DNA of 64,000 bases, from assembly GCA_963666215.2 (NCBI GenBank), contig CAXWPL010000002.1, positions 512,001-576,000 of the forward strand. The letters run 5' to 3'. The notes beneath the pieces are model-generated. The model made no database searches, was not told where the DNA came from, and was given only the letters and a program-made list of their open reading frames with translations. This stretch comes from Acidobacteriota bacterium. GTDB taxonomy: Bacteria > Acidobacteriota > UBA890 > WLXD01. Shown piece after piece: positions 50,741 to 59,918 of this stretch. Positions within the stretch are counted from its first letter, which is position 1. Every line of letters begins with the position of its first letter. The position numbers were made by a program, and so were the translations under genes.

Positions 50741-50894
50741 CGTCGGTCGAGTCCGCAGTGTCCGCAGTGTCGGTAGTGCCCGGCCCGTCACGGCCGCTCG
50801 ACGCCGTGCGCGTTGCCCACATCAAGTAGAGCGCGCACCAGACCGCAGCGAACACGAAAAACCCGTAGAAGCTGACGCCGAAACCGATTTGCAT
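50730..50894 (-). CDS. Small single-TM membrane protein upstream of the SSS symporter (54 aa)
   Basis: MQIGFGVSFYGFFVFAAVWCALYLMWATR plus acidic tail; stop overlaps the SSS start region. Confidence 0.65.
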   Translation of the reverse strand: MQIGFGVSFYGFFVFAAVWCALYLMWATRTASSGRDGPGTTDTADTADSTDDDR

Positions 50895-51096
50895 GGCGCC
50901 GCGCAGGCTACCAGTTGCGGCGCTCCGCGAACACCGTGCCGCCGCGAGCGGCCATCGCATGACCGGACTAGACTTGCGCCGAGCGGCGCGTCCCGCCGTT
51001 TCGGATCGGGTTTCGAGCGGGATGGGTGAGCCCGTGGAAGCGGACAGACCGATTGTTTTGTGCCGCCGAGCTCTCGGTTTCGTGAGGAGGAGGACA

Positions 51097-51957
51097 GTGC
51101 GCATCGCGGTGTGCATCAAGACGGTCGTAGACGCGCAATCGCGTATCGAGCTGGACGCCGACGACAAGCTCCAAGGCGCACATCTGTGTTACGACGTCAA
51201 CGAGTACGACCTGTATAGCGTCGAAGAAGCGCTGCGCCTCAGCGAGCAAGCGGCTCAGCGGTTGCCTGACAGCGACAGCGACGGCGAGGGCTCTCAATCG
51301 GCCGAGATCACGCTGATCACTCTGGGCGACGGCGCCCAACCGGCTGTGGTTCAGGGCCTGCGAAAGGGACTGGCGATGGGTGCCGACAGCGCGATTCACA
51401 TCGATTGCGCCGGCGACAGCGTCGATGCGGCTGGTACCGCCGCGCTGCTTGGCGCCGCTTTGCGCGAGCACGCGCCTGATCTGGTGCTCGCTGGCGTCGA
51501 ATCGGACGATCTGGCGGGAGCCCAGGTGGGCGGGCTGTTGGCCGAAGAGCTCGGATACTCGTGTGCGACGCTCGTAGTCGGAACGGAGCTGTCGTCCGCC
51601 GATACCGGGGAGAGCGGAGATCGCATGGGCCCGGGTTCACTTCGTGTCCGTCGCGAGTTGGAGGGTGGCGCGTACGCGCTGGTCGACTTGCGCTTGCCGG
51701 CGGTGCTAACGATTCAGACCGGCATCAACGAGCCCCGCTACCCCAGCCTCAAGGGGATCATGGCCGCCAAGCGCAAGGAGCTCAACACCCTGACGCCGGC
51801 TGAGCTGGGCTTCGAGCAGTTGCCAGCCCCGCGCGTCGAAACGCTGTCGCTGCAACCGCCCCCGCCGCGCGAGCGAGCTCGCCTCGTCGAGGGGAGCGCC
51901 GAGCAGGCGGCCGTGGAACTGGTGCGTATCCTGCGGCAGGAGGAGAAGGTGCTATGA
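51097..51957 (+). CDS. etfB: Electron transfer flavoprotein beta subunit
   Basis: IAVCIK, NEYD...EEAL, LAMGAD, NEPRYPSLKGIMAAK; RBS GAGGAGG. Confidence 0.95.
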   Translation: MRIAVCIKTVVDAQSRIELDADDKLQGAHLCYDVNEYDLYSVEEALRLSEQAAQRLPDSDSDGEGSQSAEITLITLGDGAQPAVVQGLRKGLAMGADSAIHIDCAGDSVDAAGTAALLGAALREHAPDLVLAGVESDDLAGAQVGGLLAEELGYSCATLVVGTELSSADTGESGDRMGPGSLRVRRELEGGAYALVDLRLPAVLTIQTGINEPRYPSLKGIMAAKRKELNTLTPAELGFEQLPAPRVETLSLQPPPPRERARLVEGSAEQAAVELVRILRQEEKVL

Positions 51958-52991
51958 GCGCCGGAGACACGGTTGTTGCCTGGGTGATCGCCGAGCACCA
52001 GGACGGAATGTTGCACCGCGGCACCACCGAGCAAGCCGCGGCGGCCCGCCAAATGGGCGCCCGGACGGTAGGTGTTGTGTGTGCCGATCCTGCTCGTTCA
52101 GCACAGGTGGGCGAGCAGCTGGCACCGTTCGTCGACTCGATTCTGTTGCTCGAACACGACGACCTGTGCGATTATTCGCTCGACGGCTATGGGCAGGCGA
52201 TTGTGGGCGCGGCCGCTGCGGCCAGTCCTGAGAGCCAGGCCGATCATGGTGCTCAGGGTATTCAGGGCGGGGTCGCGTCACCGCAGGCGATCCTGCTGCC
52301 GCACGCGCCGCTGGGACGCGATCTCGGGCCCGCGCTAGCCGCACGTCTGGGCTCGGGGATGATCAGCGACTGCCAGGACCTCGCCTGGGATGATGGGCTC
52401 GTCGGTACGCGCTCCGTGTACCGCCGCAAGCTTTTGACTCGCGAGCGCGTGACGGGCTCGGCGCCGCATATCGCCACCTGCCAGCGGGGGGCCTTTCCAC
52501 CCCAAGCGCCGTCAAGCGACCCACCGGACGCGGGGAGCTTCGAGCGCGTGAGCGTCTCGATCAGCGATATCCGCGGACGTCAGGCGGGTGTCGAGAGTGT
52601 CGCGTCCAGCGGCGCCGGCGAGGACATCACGTCCGCCGACATCGTGGTTGCCGGCGGACGTGGGCTCGGCGACGCCGAGAAATTCGCGATCGTCTCGGAC
52701 CTCGCCGCTGCTTGCGGCGGAGTGATGGCCGCGAGTCGCCCCGTTGTCGACCAGGGCTGGGTGCCTCACGACCGCCAGGTCGGATCTTCCGGGGTCACGG
52801 TGAGACCGAAGCTGTACATCGCGCTCGGTATTTCCGGTGCTATCCAGCACATCGTCGGCATGCGCGAAAGCGACGTGATCGTTGCGGTCAACAAGGATGG
52901 GGACGCCCCGATCTTCGAGTATGCCCACTACGGGATCGTGGACGACGTCTTCAAGGTGATTCCGGCGCTGATCTCTGCGCTGAGCGACTAG
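51954..52991 (+). CDS. etfA: Electron transfer flavoprotein alpha subunit
   Basis: VVAGGRGL, ASRPVVD, QVGSSG, GISGAIQH, AVNKD, APIF. Confidence 0.96.
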   Translation: MSAGDTVVAWVIAEHQDGMLHRGTTEQAAAARQMGARTVGVVCADPARSAQVGEQLAPFVDSILLLEHDDLCDYSLDGYGQAIVGAAAAASPESQADHGAQGIQGGVASPQAILLPHAPLGRDLGPALAARLGSGMISDCQDLAWDDGLVGTRSVYRRKLLTRERVTGSAPHIATCQRGAFPPQAPSSDPPDAGSFERVSVSISDIRGRQAGVESVASSGAGEDITSADIVVAGGRGLGDAEKFAIVSDLAAACGGVMAASRPVVDQGWVPHDRQVGSSGVTVRPKLYIALGISGAIQHIVGMRESDVIVAVNKDGDAPIFEYAHYGIVDDVFKVIPALISALSD

Positions 52992-53020
52992 AACTGGCTG
53001 TGGCCGAGGCCGGCGCGAGC

Positions 53021-53980
53021 CTACTTCGGCGGGTCTCGATGCTGCCGTCTGTGGGGCGCGCCGCTTTGTCGACGGCGGATCGCGACCGTCAGGCCAATGA
53101 CCACAAGGACCGCTGCTGCCACCACGACCGTCTCGGCGCTGGCAGCGCGCCTTAGCCGGCTTGGCGGCGACTCGGTGACGACCGCGCGGATGAATCCGGG
53201 AACGGCGGGCGTCTCGGTGGCCCAGACGTTGGGGTCGCCATCGTCGGCCCCGGTCGCAGCGCCGTGACCTTCGGGGCTCGCCCCCGATTCTGTCCGATGC
53301 CATCGGGGGAAGCCGTCGCCGCCGTAGTGCAAACCGGCTGCAAGTTGAAGCTGCAGGCGGACCCGCGCTCCATCCTCCGGCAGAACCTCCGGAACGGGCA
53401 GCGTCCAGCGCTCCGGCGAGGCGACGCTGCCGGTCAGCAGATAGCTGATCTCGACGATCAGAGGGACGGCGCCATCCGCGTTGCCGTCGCCACCACCGAA
53501 TCGGCGAGTGTCCGCGATCCACAGCCGACGCATTGAGGGGTGGTTGTCGAGTGCGCCGATCCGCGACAGGTCGGCTCGCAGCTCGCCGCCGATACGCACC
53601 GAAAGGTCGGAGAGCGCTTGGCCGGGAAGGACTGCGAACATGACCGCGAGTGCGTTACGCGCTCGCCGCTCGTCGTTTGTTTCTGTGGCGCCGTTCGCCT
53701 TGTGGACCTCGTCAAGCCGACCAATCTCGAAAATCGCGTGGACCCTCGCTTGCAGCCCGAAGCTCGGAGCAGCTCGAACCTCCAGCCCGCGTTCCACGTC
53801 TGTCGTGGACCTGACGGGGGCCGCGCCAATCTCGATCCGCACGTCGGCAGCCAGTAACCGTCCGGTCGCCTCGAACGCGGAGCGCTGAGCGGCCGCCGCC
53901 ATCGCCGTGTCGTCCGCGATTGCGACAGCGATCGAACACAGCAGCACGACGATGCCGCAGAATCTTGCCGGTACATGCAC
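53021..53980 (-). CDS. Hypothetical exported protein with C-terminal membrane anchor
   Basis: Signal-like N-terminus; C-terminal VVVAAAVLVVIGLTVAIRRR; fills the gap between etfA and the M28 gene; start uncertain. Confidence 0.6.
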   Translation of the reverse strand: MHVPARFCGIVVLLCSIAVAIADDTAMAAAAQRSAFEATGRLLAADVRIEIGAAPVRSTTDVERGLEVRAAPSFGLQARVHAIFEIGRLDEVHKANGATETNDERRARNALAVMFAVLPGQALSDLSVRIGGELRADLSRIGALDNHPSMRRLWIADTRRFGGGDGNADGAVPLIVEISYLLTGSVASPERWTLPVPEVLPEDGARVRLQLQLAAGLHYGGDGFPRWHRTESGASPEGHGAATGADDGDPNVWATETPAVPGFIRAVVTESPPSRLRRAASAETVVVAAAVLVVIGLTVAIRRRQSGAPHRRQHRDPPK

Positions 53981-54111
53981 CGGCGCAGCATTGCAGAGCC
54001 ATTGACGGGCTACAAGGCGACCGTGGCGGCCTGTGCTCAGATAGCATGTCGCCGCCGGCTGCACCGGTCGATCGATTCGTCTACTCGAGGCTACACCGGG
54101 AGTTCAAGAGC

Positions 54112-55926
54112 ATGGAATGGGCGCTGCGCACGGTTGATTCGTCGGTGGTTGATGACGGCCTGCAGTCGGTCTCGATTGACGAGCCGTGGGCGCTGATCGA
54201 GCGCTTCGCCGACTTGCATCGCGACAGTGGCAGCGAGGACGAGCGCCGCGCCGCCGAATACATGGCCGAGCGTCTACGCGCTCTGGGCCTGGATCCTGTC
54301 GTCCACGAGCCCGAGCTCTATCTCAGTGTTCCTCGCTCCTGCTCGCTCCGCATCGTCGGCGCTCCGGACATCAACCTGCACTGCAAGGTGCCGGCGTTTT
54401 CCCTTTCGACGACCACGGGAGCTCTCCGCGGCGAGCTGGTAGAGGTGAGCTCGGGAGGAGTGCACGAGACTCGCGACCTGTTCACCGCCAGCGCGACCAT
54501 CGATCGCGAACGCGTCCGCGGCAAGATAGCCCTGATCAACGGCTACCCGATGCCCAAGATCGTGCGGCAGGTGGAACAATCGGGCGCGCTCGCGGCCATC
54601 TTCGTGAATCCAGGCCACGCTCACGAGGGCATCACAACAACGATTTGGGGCACGCCGTCGCTCGCCGATCGCGGACGCCTTCCCCAGGCCACCGTCATCA
54701 GCATTCCGCAGCGCGAGGCGGGCATCCTGCGCGAGCGGATGGGCTCCGGGCCAGCGGAGGTCGAGATCGAGACCGACTTGTTTCAGGGCTGGGACGCCTG
54801 CCCACTGGTGACCGTCGAGATTCCGGGACAGAGCGACGACTTCGTACTCATCCACGGTCATTACGACTCGTGGCACGAGGGTATCGGCGACAACGCCGTC
54901 GGCGACGCCGCTCTGCTCGAAGTGGCTAGGGTTTGCAGTCAGCAGGCAGGTCGGCTGCGGCGCGGCGTGCACGTTGCCTGGTGGCCCGGTCACTCGACTG
55001 CCCGTTACGGTGGCTCAACCTGGTATGCCGACACCTTCGCGATACAGCTTCGCGACCACTGCGTAGCCCAGATCGATGTCGACTCCCCAGGTTGCCGTTG
55101 GGCCACGGCCTACGACGAGGTGATGTGGATGGCGGAGGCCGAAGGGATTTCGCGATGGTCCATTCGACGCGGTGCCGGTGAGGCAACCGAGGTGTCCGGC
55201 GTTCGTCCGTTGCGGGCTGGTGACTACTCGTTCAACAACGTCGGGCTCAGCGGCTTCTTCATGCTGCTGTCGAACATCCCAGTCGAGCTTCGCAAGTCGA
55301 AGGGCTTCTATCCCGTAGGCGGCTGCGGAGGCAACAGCGACGCCTGGCACACGGAAGGGGACGGCCTCGAGGTTGCAGATCGCGACAACCTGCTGCGAGA
55401 CATTCGCGTCTATGTTGCCGCCGTTCTCGGGCTGGCTACCGCGCGCTTCTTGCCGTTCGATCATCGCGCGGCGGTGGACGAGATCTCCCGCCACGCGGTC
55501 GAGTACGCTGCCGCCGCTGACAACCAGGTCGACCCGGAACCGGTGGTCACCGCGTGTGCTGAGCTGCGCGCCGCGATCGAGGATCTGTACGCGGGAGCCG
55601 AGCGGGCAGCGAGCGACGAGGCGGCTGGCCGAGGTATCTCTCCGGGCTCGGATGGAGGCGACAGGTCGAAGACGTTCGATCGGGCGCAGATGCGCCTTTC
55701 GCGTGATCTCGTGCCGGTGAACTACGCAGCGGCGGCACGCTTCTATCACGACCCCGCGATGGAAGTGCTGCCTCTGCCAGATCTCGCCGTGCTGCGTCAG
55801 TGGCAAGGCTTGGAGGGTGATGGCGACGGGCGCGGATTCCTTCGCGCCCAGGCGATTCGCGGCCGCAACCGCGTCGTTGACGCGCTCAAGAGGGCTCGCG
55901 AGGCGATCGCTCCTACCGCTGGCTAG
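54112..55926 (+). CDS. M28 family metallopeptidase with PA domain
   Basis: HGHYDSW, GIGDNAVG, WWPGHS, DSPG, WHT; no signal peptide. Confidence 0.88.
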   Translation: MEWALRTVDSSVVDDGLQSVSIDEPWALIERFADLHRDSGSEDERRAAEYMAERLRALGLDPVVHEPELYLSVPRSCSLRIVGAPDINLHCKVPAFSLSTTTGALRGELVEVSSGGVHETRDLFTASATIDRERVRGKIALINGYPMPKIVRQVEQSGALAAIFVNPGHAHEGITTTIWGTPSLADRGRLPQATVISIPQREAGILRERMGSGPAEVEIETDLFQGWDACPLVTVEIPGQSDDFVLIHGHYDSWHEGIGDNAVGDAALLEVARVCSQQAGRLRRGVHVAWWPGHSTARYGGSTWYADTFAIQLRDHCVAQIDVDSPGCRWATAYDEVMWMAEAEGISRWSIRRGAGEATEVSGVRPLRAGDYSFNNVGLSGFFMLLSNIPVELRKSKGFYPVGGCGGNSDAWHTEGDGLEVADRDNLLRDIRVYVAAVLGLATARFLPFDHRAAVDEISRHAVEYAAAADNQVDPEPVVTACAELRAAIEDLYAGAERAASDEAAGRGISPGSDGGDRSKTFDRAQMRLSRDLVPVNYAAAARFYHDPAMEVLPLPDLAVLRQWQGLEGDGDGRGFLRAQAIRGRNRVVDALKRAREAIAPTAG

Positions 55927-56940
55927 CGTCCGTGGTCCGCTGTGTTCAACGCCCTGCGTATGGCTTCGAGCGCGTTGCCGACGCCTTCCTTGGGGCCCGC
56001 GTTGATGATCGGGCCGACAATGAGGCTGGCCGGGAACCCGGGCTTGCGGGTGAGTGCAATGGTCTCGTGTTCGATGTAGAGATCCTGGGCCACCTGCTGG
56101 TAGCGCCAGATCGTCTCGAGCCGTCGCCGTCGCGCTTGAGTCGCTCGTCGGATTTACCGGGGTTGACCACCTCACGAACCCGGGTGGCGTGCCCGATCGA
56201 GTAGGCGCAGCGTCAAGGCGCCGGTAACGCACCTCGTGCTCGGTGTCCACAGTCAGGGTGATGATCTTCTTCAGCCTCACTCGCAGATACGTCAGCAGGG
56301 TAGGGGAGGTCAGCTCGGCGAGCGGCAGTGGTGAGCCGGACACCTGGCCGCGCAACCCGGACGCGACAATGTCGGGCGAAAACAGACGCTTGTAGTCGTC
56401 GTAGTCGCGCGCCAGGTCGAGCGCCCGATCGATCGACGCCATGGGGACGAGAATCGCGCCGGCCCAGTGGTGGATCAACGCGCCGTCTGGCCTGATCTCG
56501 AGGCCCTCGGGCTGGCGCGCGCCGTCCGTCCTGGCTCGGCTATCCGCTGCGGGTACTTCGCGCAGTCGTAGCCGGCGCAGAAAGATCTCCCCGCGGCGGA
56601 TCTGGGCGAACGCCTGACCTTGCTCGCGTGTCGGCAGCGACCGGATCGCCAGAAAGACGTCTGGATTCTCGACCTCGAGCTTGATCTTGGCGTAGGCCGC
56701 GGCGACATAACGCTCGTAGGTCTGGAGGATCTCAGCGCGAATCTCGGTTGCCCGAACACCTGACAGCTCGGTCAAGAGGAATCGAGCAGGTGCGCCGCGG
56801 CTGAGGGGCCTGGATCGCGGTGGCTCCCGGCGCTCGAAGGCTGCCGTCTGCAGAGGAATCAGCAGCAGACAAGAAGCCGTACGGAAGATTGAGCCGACGC
56901 GCGGCCACCGGCCAGGGCCGGCAAGGCAGTGGTGCCTAAC
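55923..56940 (-). pseudogene. Hypothetical exported protein broken by two frameshifts (~56207, ~56120)
   Basis: Protein-like sequence continues across three frames and ends at a TAG overlapping the M28 stop; no standard start codon ahead of the signal-like segment. Confidence 0.65.
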
Positions 56941-56942
56941 GG

Positions 56943-58322
56943 TCAGAGGCCGCCGCCAGCGATCTGCGCGCTGCTGGCGATCTGGCCCGACCGCAGCGCC
57001 GCAAGCCAGCGGTCGCGCTGCCGATTGAATGCCGCGCGGTCGTCAGCTGGAATCGGATCTGCCACGGGAAACTGCACCTTGATCGGGTCGACGTACTGGC
57101 CGCCCCGCATCAACGCGTAGTGCAGGTGGTAGCCGGTGGCGCTGCCCGTCTTACCGACGTAGCCGATAACGTCACCCTGCTTGATCTGAGCGCCGCGCCG
57201 CGCCTTCTCGTCGATGCGCGACAGATGCAGATAGAACGACGAATTCGATCCGCCGTGCCGGATCTTCACGTAGCGTCCCTGCTCGGGGCCGTAGCCGGCA
57301 ATCTCGATCACGCCGTCGGCCGTTGCTTGCACCGGAGTGCCGGGCCTCGCCACATAGTCGACGCCACGATGAGCGCGTGACACACCGGTGACTGGGTGCA
57401 CACGCCGGAAGCTGAAGCCCGACGAGATACGCTGGTACTTGACGGCCGACTTCAAGAAGGTGCGTCGCAGCGATTGACCATCAGGGCTGAAGTAGAATTC
57501 GCGGCCCTCGTTATCCTCGAAATGCACCGCGCGGAGCACGCGCCCGCCGGTGTGCAGCTCGGCCGCGAGCACGTCGCCGTAGCCGATGAATTCATCCTCG
57601 GCGAAGCGTTCCTCTACGACCGCGTCGAGGCGATCACCGGGTTGGATCTCGTAGTTGAAGTCGATATCCCAGCCGAAGACGTCGGCGACCGCATTGGCCA
57701 CGCTGCTGGCGCCGGCGATCGTGCGAGTCTGCTCGGCGAGCGACGCGTGGAGCGAGCCGTACACCCTGGCGGTGATGAACGCGGGTCGCGTAACAACCGG
57801 CACGATGACCTTGTCGGTGCGCCAGCTACCGAGCTCGTCGCTGACGAAGTAGGCGGTTTGCCGGTCGACCTGGTAGCGCAGCCCGGTGAGCTGATCGTCG
57901 TCATCGAAGTAAAGGTTGTAACGCTGGCCGCTCTGGATGCGCCGCATATCGATCGTCGTTGCGGCGGCGGCGACCACGGCAACGGCCATATTGGTGTCGA
58001 TTCCGTGTCGCGCCAGCTCACCCACCAGAGTGCTGCCCGACTTGAATCGATCCTCCACCATGCGGTGCGCGGAGATAGCCAGCGACTGCGGCCAAGGCTT
58101 CGGCAGGTCGGGTACTGGAACGCTCGCTCCGATGACCGGGCGGTACGGCGACACGACCGGAGTCAAGGGCGCCAGCACCAGCGCCAGCCAAGTCAGCAGC
58201 AAGGCGGAGGCGCAGAGTGCGGATGTTCGAGAGGGTAGGGAATTCAAGGATGGACCCACAAAAGAAAGTCGCAGGTTGAGGTCGCGGGCCGAGCGGATCG
58301 ACAGGCTCAGTTTCAGGCTCAA
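56943..58322 (-). CDS. M23 family peptidoglycan endopeptidase (MepM-like)
   Basis: WDIDF, ISSGF, HRGVDY, YLHLS, GYHLHY; N-terminal TM. Confidence 0.93.
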   Translation of the reverse strand: MSLKLSLSIRSARDLNLRLSFVGPSLNSLPSRTSALCASALLLTWLALVLAPLTPVVSPYRPVIGASVPVPDLPKPWPQSLAISAHRMVEDRFKSGSTLVGELARHGIDTNMAVAVVAAAATTIDMRRIQSGQRYNLYFDDDDQLTGLRYQVDRQTAYFVSDELGSWRTDKVIVPVVTRPAFITARVYGSLHASLAEQTRTIAGASSVANAVADVFGWDIDFNYEIQPGDRLDAVVEERFAEDEFIGYGDVLAAELHTGGRVLRAVHFEDNEGREFYFSPDGQSLRRTFLKSAVKYQRISSGFSFRRVHPVTGVSRAHRGVDYVARPGTPVQATADGVIEIAGYGPEQGRYVKIRHGGSNSSFYLHLSRIDEKARRGAQIKQGDVIGYVGKTGSATGYHLHYALMRGGQYVDPIKVQFPVADPIPADDRAAFNRQRDRWLAALRSGQIASSAQIAGGGL

Positions 58323-58413
58323 AAGCTAGCGGCCGAAGATTGCTGGTGGAGCGGGCTCCGTAATCGGTCGGAGCGGCGAGTGTGGCGGATGCGGTGAGAA
58401 CCGAGCCAGCAAA

Positions 58414-58441
58414 ATTATAGGCATTTCCGCCGCGGAAGCAA
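58414..58441 (-). promoter_or_regulatory. Putative sigma70 promoter for the M23 peptidase
   Basis: Minus strand TTGCTT-16 nt-TATAAT. Confidence 0.5.
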
Positions 58442-58566
58442 GAAACCGGAGGGCCAGGAACGGCCTGTGGTGCTTGTACAGAACGGCCTCGTCTTGATAC
58501 AACTACCGTGGGGCTGTCCACCGGGAGGCGAAGAATCGAAGCAAAATGCTTCAGGAGCTTCGTAAA

Positions 58567-59720
58567 ATGAGCGCCACACGACGCACTTCGCAACACCCGA
58601 ACTCTGCGCAAGCCTACCGGCGGAGCCTCGCGCTGGCCGTGCTTCTGGCGGTTGTATCGCTGGTCATTCTTCCGGCATACGCCCACAGCGGGGGCCCCTC
58701 CGCGCCGAGCGCGCTGAGGACCGTCGCTGGCCTGGCGGCACCTGAGTCCCTCCGGGGCTCTCAAACCGCCGGGGCGCCCCGAGTGTCCGGTGAGATCCTT
58801 CCACTGGAACGCTTCTCGCCAAGCCTTCTGGGCATCTACCGCAAAGTGATGGAGATCGAGGAGGAGATTCGTCAACACACCGACCGCTACGAGGTCGACT
58901 ACGAGCTCGCGCGGGCCGTGTGCATGTACGAGTCGGGTGGCAACGCCAACCTAACCTCGTGGGCTGGCGCCAAGGGCTATTTCCAGGTGATGTCGGCGAC
59001 CTTCCGCTCGCTGCGAGTGGAAACGAATATCGAAGCGGGTATCAAGTACATCGGTCAGATGGTCGACCGTTTCGAGCGCGAAGACTACGCGCTCGCGGCG
59101 TACAACGGTGGTCCTACGAATGTCGGCCGAGGTCGGGCGATGCGGCTCGAGTCGCTGCAGTACGTTCTGGGCGTCGGGCACTTCCGAACGCTTTTGAAGC
59201 TGCACGAGCCTTCGATTCGGTTCCACGCGAGCCGCCTGCGTCTCACAACCGTTCAAGACGGTGAAGACTGGTGGGCTCTGGCGGAGCGGCTGCAGATGCC
59301 GCTGCTGCAGCTACGACTGCACAATCCCTACCTGGCGCGACGTCAGCCACGCGCGGGGCAGCTGGTGGCCGTGCCAGCGGCGGCGCGAGAAGACCTGTTC
59401 GTCGCGGAAGGCGACGGGTTGGTCTACACGACGCGCCTCGGCGACAACTACTTCAATGTTGCCTTCACGCTCGACGCCGATCTTGACGAGATGCGAGCGC
59501 AGAACGAGCTCTGGCACCTGCAGACTCTGCCGGTGGGCATGCAACTCCGGATTCCGCTGTCGTGGGAGGGCGAGCACACTGTGTATCGGGTTCAGCAGGG
59601 CGACACGGTTGGACGCGTTGCGGAGACACAGAGCTCGGACCCCAGAGCGTCAACAGCATGGGTCGGCGTACCGTGATTCAGGTGGGCGAGCAGCTGCGGA
59701 TCCCGACGGTCGCTGAATAG
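58567..59720 (+). CDS. Lytic transglycosylase (SLT) with LysM repeats; frameshift at ~59643 in the last LysM
   Basis: YESGG, GAKGYFQVM, ALAAYNGG, three LysM-like segments; last LysM completes in another frame (VNSMGRRTVIQVGEQLRIP, TAG at 59720). Confidence 0.85.
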
Positions 59721-59764
59721 GTCCGTTCTTGCCGGTTTCCCGCCTCGTATCATGATAACGAATC

Positions 59765-59834
59765 TTATGGAAACTAATCGCGCAATGATGGAAGAATTGA
59801 GCTCGGTGATTTGCGGCGCGCTCAGTCTCCATAA
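59765..59834. repeat. Imperfect 19-bp inverted repeat with 32-nt spacer
   Basis: TTATGGAAACTAATCGCGC versus reverse complement of the right arm TTATGGAGACTGAGCGCGC (16/19). Confidence 0.7.
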
Positions 59835-59918
59835 CATTGCTGGATTTAACATTTGCGCTCTTGGTCTCCGGCTATCTTGCCGACACCGTCTGCGGCTCGG
59901 GAAGGTTCTGGAGCTGGA

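Noticed and set aside
55015-55922. C-terminal part of the 586-aa minus-strand ORF
   Set aside because: Antisense shadow of the M28 peptidase, reached only because of the frameshift at ~56207
59824-59871. dif site (CCATAA and ATTTAACAT resemble XerC/XerD arms)
   Set aside because: The arms cannot be arranged as 11-6-11 with both halves matching
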